The translations under genes and the position numbers were made by a program. Below the pieces are notes generated by a model. That model did no database searches, was not told the DNA's origin, and was given only the letters and a program-made list of their open reading frames with translations. Source: Eledone cirrhosa (Eukaryota). From it: DNA of 64,000 bases. Location of the stretch: NCBI GenBank assembly GCA_964016885.1, contig OZ024741.1:126046001-126110000 (forward strand), written 5' to 3'. This document shows positions 25,133 to 38,749 of this stretch, piece after piece (position 1 is the first letter of the stretch; each line of letters begins with the position of its first letter).

Positions 25133-27735
25133 TTAAACCAGCCATTTCATTTCGCTTCTCTCCGTTCGGTTGTTTATTTGCGGTTGCAGACGTTTGATAA
25201 AAAGCGCTTCCTTGATACGTAACGTGCCGACGTTTCTTTCAGTCGCTAGAATTGTGACAATGGGCCTTCCGTCTTTGTTTCCGCATTTGTCTATGTGTTT
25301 CCGGAAAGACGAGGCCCTGGTTTTAGTGTGTTCCTTGATCCGGATGTGCAAAGGTCGAATTGTGCTACCTATGTAGTATTGGTTGCACCTGTCACATTCT
25401 ATCTTATACACGACGTATGTGCGTAGGCAACAGTTAGCCTGGCGTATCGGGCAGTCTCTGAGGGAGCATGCGTCAGTAGATTTTTCGGGTTTCCTGGAGA
25501 GGCATCTTCGCAGGGAGGGGCCCGAGTGGGCCAGGTGGATGTCGAGGCCCTCCCTCCGTATAGCCTTGCGGATAGCGTTGGTGGTTTTCTCGCCCAGGTG
25601 TGGCATTTTAAGGAAGCACTTGCCTTGGGTTCTTCTCTGTCTCTTGCGTCTGGTGTCTCCTATTCTGTCTGTGATCGAGGTAGGGTACCCGTTCGTCTCC
25701 AGCACCTCGAGGAATCGCTTGGTATGAGTGACACCACTCGCGGGATCGCTGCATCTGTTTTTGATTCGCGCGATCTCGTTCGTGATGTATCCTCTTTTGG
25801 CACTGTTAGGGAGGGCGGACTTGTAGTGAACGAATAGGTCCCTGCAGGCTGCCTTTCTGTAGAAGTTGCAGTGGATCCCTCCTTGTTCCGTGATGTTGAT
25901 TTGGAAGTCGAGGAGGGCGAGTGACCCGTCTTCGTTGGGGTGTTCAACACTGAAGTCAATGTTCTCGTCCGTGTTGTTGAACGTCTCATAGATTCTGTTC
26001 GCCATATCTTGGGAAGATGTGAGGATGAGGATATCGTCCACGTATCTTGAGAAAAAGGCTACTGCGTTGGGGTGGCAGGCGTTGAGTGCCTTGCGTTCGA
26101 GGTTGTCCATGTAGGAGATCGCTAGCACACCTGATAGGCTTGATCCCATGGGCAATCCCGAGGTTTGTTGGTATATTTGGTCAAGGAATCCGAAGTAGGT
26201 GTTGTCGACGACGATGGATAGGAGTTTGTGGATGTCAGTGGTGGTGAGCCCGAAGCAGTGTAGGTCGGTGGATTGGACGCGTTCCATTAGTATATTGACG
26301 GCCGGGAGTGCTGGGACCGAGGTGTAGAGAGCGACTACATCAAGGCTGAAGTCATATCTGTTATTCCTTCTGGTGTCGGGATCCATTTGATGCAGGCGCT
26401 TCAACACCTCCTCGGAGCTGTTAACGTGTCCCGGCAGGTGTCTAAGATGGGTTTGAGTATTCTGGCTAGGAGCCATGAAATTTTGTAGAGTGGTCCCTCC
26501 ACGCTCGATACGATGGGCCTGATTTTCAGTTCGGGTCCCTGTTTGTGTGTTTTCACGAGGTGGTAGAAGGCGGGTAGTATGCTGTTCCTCGTGAGGAGGT
26601 TGTATCTCAGCTTCTTCGGGAGCTTCCGCCGGTCGCAGATGTTGGTCCAGGCGGAGTTGATGTGTTCTTCTATCTGCGCGGGAGTGATTCCCGTGACCTT
26701 GGAGTAGAGGTTGTCATCGTCAAGGTGTTGGAGGGCCAGGGTGTTGTAGGCCTCTCTGCTGATGACGCAGAATTCTTTTCCCTTGTCGGAGGGGAGATAG
26801 ATGAGGTTCTTCGATTTTAGGTTGGAGAGAGTGGTGAGTTGAGATTTGGTGAGGTTACGTGTTGTGCGTGTGTGTGTGTGTTTGTGAAGTATATCCGAGA
26901 TGGAGTGTTTTAGCCTGATGAGTTTAGTGTCGAGTTCGTGGGTGGGGGGTGGAGTGGGTTGTCGGGGTGGTAAGTGGGGAACTTGGGGTGGGTTGTGTCG
27001 GCGCTGTTATTATCTGTGGCGCTGTTGATAGCGGTCATCCATTTAAGTTGGTAAGCGGCTCGACAAAAGTTGGCCTCGATGTTGAGTTTGAGTCTGTCGT
27101 CGAGACGTTGTGAGACGATGAACTTAGGTCCGAGGTGTAGGAGTTTCAGCTCGTCGCTCGTGAGAGTGCCGGTTAGGTCGGTGACCAGGTGCGTCGCATC
27201 GTTGAGGTATGGCTCGGTGTTGGTGGTTGCGGCGGTGGCGGTTGTTAAGTTGTTGTTTTCCACGTGGTTCTGGTCCGTCTGTTCGTTAGTGTTGATGTTC
27301 TCGTTGTGGCGTTTCGACAAGATCCACTCATATTTTCGCTTGAGCCGTTTTTTCTCGTATTGGACTCTTGAGTGGTAGCACTGGTCGATTGCTTTAGTGA
27401 TTTTTAGGAGCAAGTCTCCGGGTGTTATTGGAAGTCGATGTGTCCGCTTATGGACGTGTAATTGGCGGTTGAGATGTCTCAGGATCTGTTTAATACACGT
27501 GCGATGTATGCGGTTAGTGGTGTTTTGGAAGGCTGGTGTACGTAGGCTTACTGGTAAGCGGATGTTCTTGATGGTGTTGGGGATGACATCGTTTTTTAGG
27601 CAGCGTTTCAGGAAAATAATTTGGCAGCCAGCGTTGGCCCATTTCTCCGACAGTCTAAACAGTTCCCTTACGGATGCAAACAATTCCTGGCTCAGGTGTA
27701 AGGATAAGAGAGTATTGAAGTTTGCTTGAAGCATT
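25133..27735 (-). pseudogene. PLE RT-GIY-YIG ORF with about two frameshifts
   Basis: ATG at 27735 (MLQANF); pieces 26910-27735, ~26480-26910 (DKG, RPIVS) and 25133-26476. Confidence 0.88.
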
Positions 27736-27962
27736 GTGGAACAATAAGTAAATATCTTTAGGTCGTTTGGAAGCCTCGACAATGCAAATGGGTAAATCTC
27801 CGGGTAACAAGGTCCGGTGGTGGAGAGAGAGATGTAATTGGGTGTACGTTGAGAAGCGTGGTGTGTATAAGATGTGTGAGATGTGTAGAATGAGGGAAGA
27901 GTATAAAGGTTAAAATAAAAATAACAACAAAGAGAGAGTTACCTTGGGAGAGATTTAATAGT

Positions 27963-27998
27963 CCCTATATATTTCGGATTCACATCCATCAACTGGGG
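27963..27998 (-). ncRNA. Variant minimal hammerhead-like motif in the 5' pLTR
   Basis: Identical to 24689-24724. Confidence 0.55.
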
Positions 27999-28237
27999 TT
28001 TTTTCCGGGGTGGTGGAAAAAGGTTGTCTGTCGGACAAGCCCGGAACGCGTCTTTCGCTGTTTGTTGTTTTGAATATCTGAGGTATTCGGCAGAGCGCGC
28101 GTGCGCGTGAAATGGGGTCGGTCGTACAGAGGTCAACGGCCGAATGAGGGAGTGGGATGGCGCTAGCTGTCACTCCATTCTCTGCCTGTTTGTTAAATGT
28201 TACTGTGTGTGTGTGTGCGTGTGTTGTTGTCTCGCTT

Positions 28238-28303
<66 letters not shown>

Positions 28304-28358
28304 TGCCTTGTTCATCTGTATTGGCAGTGTAGTATGTTCGTATGGTGGAATGTATATT

Positions 28359-28411
<53 letters not shown>

Positions 28412-28431
28412 GTATTATATATATATGTGTG

Positions 28432-28470
<39 letters not shown>

Positions 28471-28547
28471 GTATGTGTTTTTATGTATTTGTATATGTGT
28501 ATTTCTGTAGATGTGTTTGTATATGTTTGTATATGTGTATATTTATA

Positions 28548-28627
<80 letters not shown>

Positions 28628-28651
28628 GTATATATATATGTATATATATAT

Positions 28652-29004
28652 TGCCCACTCTGGCCAGCGTGTCTATTTGCAATCTCTCTCGCTATGAAGG
28701 TTAGATGTGCAGGATTCAGTCTCGCATTTTGCTGACTGATGATACATGTTGGACTGTTATTCTACACATATAGGTGGTGACACATATAAGTGGTGAAACG
28801 AAAAACTAGGTTCGTATCAGCAAAATATAGTTAAAAGGTTTGTGATTTAAAATTCCAATCCAGAGATTTGATTCTGATCTGGTTTTTTTCTATTTAATTG
28901 CTTACCTGTAGATATTGTTCCCTATACAGTAACGGTAAAATCACTTGTAATAATTCTTTACACACTTCTCACTGTGTAACACATTTCTCTTTGTGTAATA
29001 TATA

Positions 29005-29005
<1 letters not shown>
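28652..29005 (+). mobile_element. Short non-coding hammerhead element between (TA)n arrays
   Basis: ~350-bp unique insert containing the HHR at 28726-28826. Confidence 0.65.
28726..28826 (+). ncRNA. Type I hammerhead ribozyme
   Basis: attttgctga-CTGATGA-...-GAAA-cgaa-loop-ttcg-TA-tcagcaaaat; perfect 10-bp stem I; GUA site; stem II weak (16-nt tandem duplication). Confidence 0.75.
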
Positions 29006-29066
<61 letters not shown>

Positions 29067-29090
29067 CATATATATATATGTATATATGTA

Positions 29091-29155
<65 letters not shown>

Positions 29156-29170
29156 ATGTGTGTATATATG

Positions 29171-29269
<99 letters not shown>

Positions 29270-29274
29270 ATATG

Positions 29275-29453
<179 letters not shown>

Positions 29454-29489
29454 ATATGTATATATATACATATATATATATGTGTGTGT

Positions 29490-29888
29490 GTATGTGAATG
29501 TGTCTGTTGACACCTGGAATATAGCTTAAGAGAAACATGACAATAATGATATGATAGGCACCCAATATTTTGAACTGGTTTATAGAATTCTATCTGCCTT
29601 TGTCACTCTAAATATAAATTATAGCCTTAAAGAATTAGCTTTTAATGAATTCCCTTTTCTTTCAACCAATGACCTCCACCCATCCCACTCCCCACCCTCT
29701 CCTACCACCTGAAAAGATATAAATACCACAACATTTATCTTGGAAAGCCAGATTCCTGATGATTTCTAAAGAATGAAACAGTTCTAGTCCTGTAGAATCT
29801 CATCTATATTAAAACTTTTATACTCTGCTATGTATTGAGTACCTTACTTACTGTGGTTACCTTCGATTCAAACCGGAATAACTTACCT
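29490..29888 (+). mobile_element. Non-coding hammerhead element, family F, with ~70-bp 3' tail
   Basis: Inverted copy of 14277-14790; flanked by microsatellites. Confidence 0.8.
29750..29800 (+). ncRNA. Type I hammerhead ribozyme (family F)
   Basis: agattc-CTGATGA-t-ttc-taaa-gaa-t-GAAA-cag-loop-ctg-TA-gaatct; all three stems present; GUA site. Confidence 0.8.
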
Positions 29889-29977
29889 ATATATATATAT
29901 ATATATATAATTATATATACACACACAGTCATTATGTATACATAATAAATACATTGATACACGTGTCTTTGCGTGGC

Positions 29978-30054
<77 letters not shown>

Positions 30055-30114
30055 ATATTGTGATTATACATACATAAAGACATTGATATTTATATGTGTT
30101 AGTGTGTCTATGTA

Positions 30115-30332
30115 TATATCACATTCACCGATCACCTTGACCAACCAGTCTGTCGGGCGCCAATCGACGTCGCTGTTCACAGCACGTCGTGCTGTTTTAG
30201 CCATAAGATAACGCCATCCCACTGGCTGGGCGGGCAGACCGGTACTCATTTCTACAGCTGAGTAAACTGGAGCAACGTGAAATAAAGTGTCTTGCTCAAG
30301 GAAACAACACATCACCCGGTCCGAGAATTGAT
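30115..30332 (-). mobile_element. SINE (family with gtccttgagcaagacactttatttcac core)
   Basis: ggtactcattt..cagctgagtaaactggagcaacgtgaaataaagtgtcttgctcaagga; related copies at 36980, 39310, 44690. Confidence 0.7.
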
Positions 30333-30884
30333 GCATATATGTGTTTGTGTTTCTATGTAAAATTATGAGATTAATATATACTTCATGTGATTATAGGTTT
30401 AATCTGAATGACATGGCTGCTCGGCTTATATAGGTGAAGGGGATTTATCTAAGGTTCCGTAAGAGTCTCTTTTCTTCAGTGAAAGTCTTTAAAATATTTC
30501 TGTTGACACTAATGGCTAACGTCAGGCGTATAATCATACGACACGAAATGAAGTTAATATTTCAATTAACTGCTTGTCATTCATTCTTTTAGTGTTTGAA
30601 GATTAACTCTTAACATCCTGTACCACATGAAACGGCATTATCAAGCTATTCTGTTGCAGCGGGTGTCGCTGCCTATTGTCCACGGGAAAGCTTTTGCGGT
30701 CTTGTCCGCAGACCACAGCCCCAATACCACCGCACCCTAGGCCTAGAGCCCATCACCCTCCCCCATTTTTCTGTGACCCTAGAGGTCTTGCCTTTCCTTT
30801 CCTTTTCGTTTACATAACTACAAAAGACACTCGAATTTATTTTTACAATAAAACGATGATGTTATCTATCTACTATATATAATA

Positions 30885-31282
30885 ATGGTTTCTGATTTAG
30901 GCACAAGGCCAGCAGTTTGGGGGCAGGGGAAAGTTGATTAAATAGACCCCAGTGCGTGACTGGTACTTTATTTTATCGACTCCGTAAGGATGAAAAGCAA
31001 AGCTAACCTCGGCGGGATTTGAACTCAGAACGCAAAGGGCCATAACTCTATGCTGCGAAGCATGGTGTCTGACGCTCTACCGATACATTTTAATTGTTTC
31101 TACTTTTGGCACAAGGCCAGCGATTACCCAGTACATTACTGGTACTTTATTTTATCGACCCCGTAAGGATGAAAGGCAAAGTTAACCTCGGCGGGTTTTG
31201 AACTCAGACCACAAAGGGCCGTAACTCTTTGCTGCAAAGCATGGCGTCCGACCCTCTACCGATACTGCCAATCCACCGCCCT
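30885..31282 (-). mobile_element. Two tandem/nested family-1 tRNA SINEs
   Basis: Full motif with A-box TGGCAGTATCGG and B-box GAGTTCAAA on the - strand. Confidence 0.88.
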
Positions 31283-32273
31283 TACATACATAATAATAAT
31301 AACAAAAAGTACATTAAACGTTAACGTCTTTAACTTTATTTTACTGCACATCTTCACAACGATCTCTCCACTAGTATAGAAACTATGAAACCTTTAACAA
31401 ATCCGCTTTAGCTATTTTCTATTAAATCATTACAGGATATTATGAGTTAAACTATCAGATCTCTACTGACGCTGATTCAAACAACTATAGCCTTCTACAA
31501 TGATGGATCCTCTGTCTATTTCGACGATGGGCCTTCCCTCGATCATCTAAACGGCACTCTCATTAACTTAACGTGCTACCATAACATAATTCTTAAGCAG
31601 GGTGAGTGTAATGTAATGTGATAAAGCTGGAGCTTTAAAATTTTAGTTTAGGGAAGAAAGAACAAGGCCCACGTATAAACTTCCACTGTGATGGATCTTC
31701 CACCAATTTCGGCGATGAGCAATCACTCATTTGATCAATGAGATACCCTACTCGTTAAATTAACGTATAAGTGGTGAAGTATTGCTCAGACACGTGTACC
31801 TTTATATAGCCATCTGGTAGAATCAACGTGACACAATATGTGTCAACACTGAACCTTTGAAAATTTGAAAAACTGTTTCGTCAGAGAGGGAAGAATCGTG
31901 CCCATGACACTTTTTAAAGTTTCGGATACTTGTGGATATGAGCAAAGAAAGAAAGAAGGTATCCCTAAACCGAAATGTTTTGGAATAAAAGCTTCCAAAA
32001 GGCAGCTGGTGATATTAAACCGGGCAAGTATAATTCATAGTTACCGTTTACCCCATTTCATTTACAAGGCTTGTGTCACTCCGAAGCTATGGTAAATGAC
32101 ACTTGCCCGAGAGGCTACACGATGGGATCAAGCCCGACACCTAATGATTTCCACGTGAACCTCTTAACCACACAACCCTATTTGATTCCTAACATAATTA
32201 TTTGATTTTTTTTCAGAAGAATATTTTAAAACCAAATAAAGTTAAATTCTTCTTCTTCGTCCACTTATCCCTA

Positions 32274-32613
32274 GCTTAACCACACAGCTATGTCTGTCCC
32301 TGTGTTGTCAAGTGAGTGGCTTAACCACACAGCCATGTCTATCCTGTGTTGTCAAGTGAGCGGCTTAACCACACAGCTATGTCTGTCCCTGTGTTGTCAA
32401 GTGAAGCCCTAACCACACAGCAGTGTCAACCCCTGTGTTATCAAGTGAGAGCCCTAACCACCCAACCATGTCTACCCCAGTGTTGTCAAGTGAGCTTCCT
32501 AACCATACAGCTATATGTACACCTGTGTTGTCAAGTGAAGCCCTAACCACACAGACGTGTCTGTCCCTGTGTTGTCAAGTGAGCTCCCTAACCACACAGC
32601 CCTATCTGTCCCT
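32274..32613. repeat. Minisatellite, ~8 x 44-45 nt
   Basis: Unit ctaaccacacagc.atgtct..ccctgtgttgtcaagtgag. Confidence 0.9.
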
Positions 32614-33519
32614 GTTCATTTTCTTTCTTTAAAAAAATCTCTGTTCTTTCACGAGACATTACTGTTGTTACAGGTACCGATGTAGTTGTTATTAATCATC
32701 ATCATCGTCATCATCACTGTCGTTGTTGTCATCTGCATCGTTGTTACTATTGTTGTCATCATCTTTGTCGTTGTTGTTGGTATTTCAGCTCAACTTGACA
32801 AAATACGAAGTTTATCCACGCTTTATATTTCCATAACTAGACCAAATACAGTAAAATAAATAGATAAATAGCTAAAATAAAATAATACATAATCTAGGAA
32901 AACATTTTGATGTTACAAATCTATCACAGCTTGAAGATAAATCTTATCTTAGTGTCATTAATAAAGAAATTATGCAGCTCCTGATAGTAATAAAGTGTGT
33001 GTGAGAGAGGGAGATGATCTCGAAAGTAAGGAATTAACTCTATCGTATCAAAAAAAGAAAACTCAGAAAAGCCATCTCTCATGTATTAAACATACATGGA
33101 AAATAGGAAACAGGAAAACAGGAATAGATATGCGAAACATTGAAAATAGAATAAAAAAGGAAAGGAATCGATTGTCAGATCGAACCAAGGAAACAATGTT
33201 TCCATCGGTCTTTCCATTGCTGATACTATCTGGCGATATATTTCATTAAGTGGTACATTTCGTTAAGAGACTGAATTTTCTAGAAAATATGCCACATATT
33301 TATTGTGATAAAGGAAAAGAAAGGATCATATCGTAAAATCAAATCAAGGAGACAACGTTTTTTTTTTTTATTAGTCTTTGCATTACTGATACTGTCAGTA
33401 GCAACTCTTAACAAAAAGAGGTGGGATTTGAAAGTTGGATCAGATATCGTAAATTCTGTCCGGCTCTTCAACAATTTCACCATATCTACAGACCTGGACG
33501 TGTACTTTATTTTATCGCA

Positions 33520-34250
33520 CAAAGCCAACAATTTTGGAGAGGGAAAATCGGTTAAATCAATCCCAATTCGTTACTGGTAATATATTTTATCGATCTCGTG
33601 ATTTGAACTCAGAACGCAAAGGGCCGTAATTCTATGGCACAAAGCATGTTGTCCAATGCTCTACCGATACTGCCAATCCAGGACTCTAAAACAATTGCTT
33701 CTAATTTAGACACAATGTCAACACTTTGGGGGAAGGGAAAGTCGCTTAAATCGACCCCAGTGCGTTACAGGTACTTTATTTTGTTGTCTTCGTAAGGATG
33801 AAAGGTAAAGCTAGCCTCGGCGGAATTTGAACTCAGAAAGTAAAGGGTCGTAACTCTATGTCACAAAGTATGCTGTCCGACGCTCTACCGATACTTCAGT
33901 CCACCGCCCTCAATGATACTGTAAATAATTGTTTCTACTTTAGGCACAAGGCAAGCAATTACCCAGTACATTACTGGTACTTTATTTTATCGACCCCGTA
34001 AGGATGAAAGGCAAAGTTAACCTCGGCGGGATTTGAACTCAGACTGTAAAGAGTCGTAACTGTGCTAGAAAGCATGGCGTCCAACCCTCTACCGATACTG
34101 CCAACTCACCGCCCTTTGATGATACTGTAAATAATGGCTTATGATTTCCGTACAAGGCTAACAAGTTTCATGGAGAGTAAAATCAATTAAATCGACCTCT
34201 GTGCGAAAGCTAACCTCGGTCGGATTTGAACTCAGAACGTAAAGGGCTGT
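33520..34250 (-). mobile_element. Four clustered family-1 SINEs
   Basis: Repeated core; the copy at 33930-34118 has a 17-bp TSD atgatactgtaaataat. Confidence 0.88.
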
Positions 34251-34729
34251 AATATCGTTAAAAAAAACAAACTATAGCAGTAACAACAAATATGCTTTTA
34301 AAAAAATAATTGAAATAAACATCTTTCTTGCATAAAAAAAAAAAATGGCGACAATTTCTTTCTTTATAAAAGTTTTATTTTCCATCATGATTCTTGCTTT
34401 TAATGTAAAATTCGCTATACTGTGTTAAGCCTTTGACATATTCTCTAAAAATCTCCACGTTAAGCTCTTATTTCTCTAACTCTTATCTATATCCTTCTTA
34501 TCATACTGACAAATTTGATTTACATTTTCCTCTTGGCATTTTACGTTTGTTTAAAGTTAGTTTTCTTTTTTTTCTATATAATGACTTTGACATGGTTTCA
34601 CAACCACAGGCTTTCGAGTTCAGTGTCTTCTATCATAACCACTGGTTGATCAATGCCATGTGAGTGAAATTTGGAAGACAAAAACGCATGGAGGCCCATC
34701 GTGTATGTATTTATATAAAAATGTATGTA

Positions 34730-34795
<66 letters not shown>

Positions 34796-35247
34796 CATGC
34801 ATGCATTATGTGTATGTATGCATGAATGTATTATGCGCATGTATGCATGCATGCTTTATCTATATGCATGCATGCTTTATGTATATGTATGCATGCATTA
34901 TGTTTATGTATACATGCATGTGTATGTGTGCATGCATGTGTATGTGTGCATGTGTATGTATGGGTGTATATGTATATGGCAAAGCCAGCTGTAAAATCCC
35001 TCGGTATGCTGTAGAGAATACTACATATTCTCAAGTTGTAGTGTGTATCAGAATAGGAGATACACAATCTTGACAAGGAACAATAACCTCGAAACAATTG
35101 TCCATTGTTTCTGTATGCCTCTGCTAGAACAAAAGGATGACGGTAGTCGTCTAAAATACATAACGTTATGAAGCTGTTTGCTTACAAACGAATCGACTAT
35201 TATAATGTGATATTATAATGTGATATTATTCGATATAATACTCACGA

Positions 35248-35324
<77 letters not shown>

Positions 35325-35464
35325 TATATAATATATGTATATATGTATGTATTTATATATCTATACACACACATACACACACAGCCTGCTTGGTGAGGAA
35401 CGTGATTTTAAATATCCTGCGGAGTATTATATATATATAAACAAACAAATAAATAAATAAATAA

Positions 35465-35512
<48 letters not shown>

Positions 35513-35641
35513 TGGAATTGGAAATAGCGCAGAAAGTATATTTAAAGGATCTATTTTTCTTTTTTTCTTCTTTTTTTCTTCTTTGTTAAAGTGACATTAA
35601 TGAAAAAAATGAGAGGAACAATTTTTTTTTAAAAAGGAGTT

Positions 35642-35870
35642 TTATGTACTGTACATGCACCATGTACTGTACATGCACTTTTTGATGAGTTGTGGTGCAC
35701 CTGGGCACTGTACACAATATTTCATTATTATTATTATTATTATTACTATATCATGACTCACACTGTTCATTTTCCTGACATTTGTACATTATTCTATGTA
35801 CTATACATGCACCGTTGATGAGTTGTAGTGCACCTGAGCACTGTACACAATAATTTCATTATTATTATAA
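35642..35870 (+). mobile_element. Two tandem 3'-end fragments of a LINE-like repeat ending in (TTA)n
   Basis: atgtact.tacatgcac...tgatgagttgt.gtgcacctg.gcactgtacacaata...attattatt occurs twice. Confidence 0.5.
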
Positions 35871-36043
35871 TGTATATAAAATATAACCGGTTTCCATGTA
35901 TCAGTGTAATCCATCTTATCAAATGTTGAATATTTCAATTAGAAATAATTAAAAAGAATTACAAATTTAAAATTAAGTGTTCATCTTTCTTGTTGAGCAG
36001 AAGACTGGGTCTAAAATGGGACCTTATATATATAGAGAGAGAG

Positions 36044-36081
<38 letters not shown>

Positions 36082-36404
36082 AGTAGTAGTAGTAGTGGTG
36101 GTGGTGGTGGTGGTAGTTGTGTCTTTTCACTGAATAAAATTATTTCTAGGGAGAGAAAATGTTTCTGTATATATGTGTGTGTATCTCAATTGTGTTAAAA
36201 GGACTGGTCAAGAGTTCAGATGGGGGTGGCAAAGAGGGGAAATGTAAGCTAGACACGATTGTTATAGGAGAGAGCGGTATAAGTGTAGGATTGTAAAAGA
36301 AATTCTATTTTAGGAATATGGTTTTAGAGTTTATGAGTGTGTACGTGAGTGTGTATATAAATATATTCCACTTTTTCTCTATAACCTCTGTTTTCTATAG
36401 AACC

Positions 36405-36448
<44 letters not shown>

Positions 36449-36499
36449 ATATATATACAATATATTAATAAATGGAAACTATATTTATAAAACCATATT

Positions 36500-36565
36500 T
36501 ATTTTATTATATATATTTCAAGGGCAACCAAGGCAAATTATGGTACGCTTTCATCAGATAAAATA
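36500..36565 (-). ncRNA. Type I hammerhead ribozyme (family B)
   Basis: Inverted copy of 36704-36769. Confidence 0.72.
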
Positions 36566-36703
36566 CAGATTTGTTTTATAAATAAATATTGACATACCCG
36601 GAAAAAAGACAACCTCAACGGTTGGAGCTACCTGGATAGCTATCCAACCGTTGAGGTTGTCTTTTTTCCGGGTATGTTAATATTTATTTATAAAACAAAT
36701 CTG

Positions 36704-36769
36704 TATTTTATCTGATGAAAGCGTACCATAATTTGCCTTGGTTGCCCTTGAAATATATATAATAAAATA
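36704..36769 (+). ncRNA. Type I hammerhead ribozyme (family B)
   Basis: tattttat-CTGATGA-aagcgtacca...tggttgccctt-GAAA-tatataT-A-ataaaata; perfect 8-bp stem I. Confidence 0.75.
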
Positions 36770-36807
36770 AATATGGTTTTATAAATATAGTTTCCATTTA
36801 TTAATAT

Positions 36808-36862
<55 letters not shown>

Positions 36863-37924
36863 CATATTCGAAGTTCGATCAGCAGCCAAGCCAACATATA
36901 TATATATATATATATATATGTGTGTTTGTGTGTGTGTGTGTGTGTGTCTATATATATATATGTCTGTATATATATATGTGATTTCGATTCCCGGACCGGG
37001 AAGCAAGACACTTTATTTCACGGTGCTCCTTCTGCTTGGATTTGCGACAGATGATATTAGCAATTTGAAAGACCAATGGAAGCATTGTTTTCTCGGTCCG
37101 ATTTGATGAGCTCCACCCCACTCATAAGCGAATGAGGTCTGGGATCTTGTCGATCGACTGTCGATATGTATGGGTTTACGTTTACTCTTTGTTTATGCCC
37201 CATAACTTAGTGCCTCGAGAAAAAAAGATCAATAAAATAAATACTGTAAACTATATGATTGAATAAATCTCTTCAAGGCAGTGTCCCAGCGTGGCCACAG
37301 TCTACTGACTTTTAACCAGTAAAATAAAAGCCACAACGGAATACAAGAATATCTTTAATAAGCCATAATAGTGCTGTATTAGCCCTGGGTGATAGCTTTT
37401 TATATGATATACACTAGTGCAGGATAAAACGTTAATTAAAATGAAAGGTGGCTTCTTTGTAATGATATTAACTGGGACCTCTTTGAAAGGATATTAAATA
37501 TACCACTCTTTAAATGATAATGCTGCTTTCTCTTTTATATAAAGTCGTTAGATGAATTTTTCTAAAAGAAACAACAAAATTCACTCTCTTACTTCTGATG
37601 ATATCAATTAAATTATTTCCGAACGTCGCTTTGAGGTTGTTAAAAGCAGTTCTTGTGTGTTTCAGGAAATAGTTTGTAAGCTATGTCGCAGAAAGTGTGT
37701 CCACGCAATGACAAAATTCTTACAACTTCTCTAGAGATGAAGACTTACTATCAACCATTTTAATTATACTTTCTCGGAGAGTAAACATTCTAAATGAAGC
37801 TATTAGTCTGGTCAATCAGTGGCGACTGACCGAACATTGTATGCGTGAAAAATAACAACAAAAACTTTGATAATAAAATAACATAAAAACTAAAAAATGC
37901 TATGTTTTCAATTTGCCACTTTAA

Positions 37925-38340
37925 GAGACGCGACGTGTTGCGACTCGTTTCTTACCTCCAACCTTGTCACTTCGGCCACAAACCCGGGCTCCGCTGCCCG
38001 CAATGCAGAGGAAAGGAAGACAGTTACATATTGGGGCCTGGCCAACCACTTCATCTTTGTACTGGTCACAGTCGAGACCTCCAGTGTCCTTGGCCCCCTC
38101 ATTGCTTCCGTAACATTGGAAAGACGGCGGCCCACATGAGGAGTGAGCCACATGAGGCAGAGTGGCTATTGCAGTGGGTGTCTCTGGCCATTCTCCACGG
38201 TAAGGCATTTACCATTTTGTCCGAAGGGCGTGGCTGAGGCACCGCTCAGGCTGATTCCTTTTTTTCTTCTTCTTTTCATTTCCTTCCTTCCTTTTTTGTT
38301 CCCTTTGTTTTTGTATAAACAGATTTGTGAAATATAATTA
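37925..38340 (+). mobile_element. CRE-clade retrotransposon 3' relic
   Basis: DATCCDSF...AARNAEERKTVTY..L...FIFVLVTVETSSVLGP...EAEWLLQWVSLAILHGKAFTIL. Confidence 0.82.
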
Positions 38341-38749
38341 CTGGTTTCTATTCTAAAATGACACAAGATTAAAAGGTAAAAAAAGGTGCTTGGCGATAAT
38401 ATTATTATAGCAATCTGAGAACCGTGTTTCACAATATTGATATATTAAAATATATTAAGGTATTAGCTAGAAATTGTTCATAACACGTTAGATACAATTA
38501 TGGAATGGTTATCACATATCCATTAGTTTCATCCTGTCTAACTCCAATAAAAAAAAGAGGAACACAGGAGCTGTCTATTATTCAATCAATAGTCAGAAGT
38601 GAAACAGAAATCGAGTTCTCGAAACAGTTTCTTTTCCCAGATGTATGACGATGCAGCTCCACTTCGCTTCACATCACATTCATGACATGACGTAATATCA
38701 ACTAATTTTCAGCTCCTATCTTAATCTGATACATTTTTGTAGACTCATT

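Larger units (their letters stand above)
24469..28352 (-). mobile_element. Near full-length Penelope/Poseidon-type retroelement with direct pseudo-LTRs
   Basis: Near-identical direct repeats 24469-25046 and 27744-28352 around an ORF with FLKRC..VIP, PSDKG, RPIVS, SLDVVALYTSVP, GLPMGSSLS, RYVDD, VYKIEC..C..YYIGST. Confidence 0.95.
36456..36813. mobile_element. Fold-back hammerhead element, family B diverged subfamily
   Basis: Near-perfect ~175-bp arms, centre gcta-cctgga-tagc; (TA)n on both sides; no tail. Confidence 0.9.

Noticed and set aside
30885-31282. tRNA genes suggested by A/B boxes
   Set aside because: No cloverleaf; these are SINE heads
32274-32613. CRISPR-like periodic array
   Set aside because: Whole units repeat with no unique spacers; eukaryotic context with no cas genes
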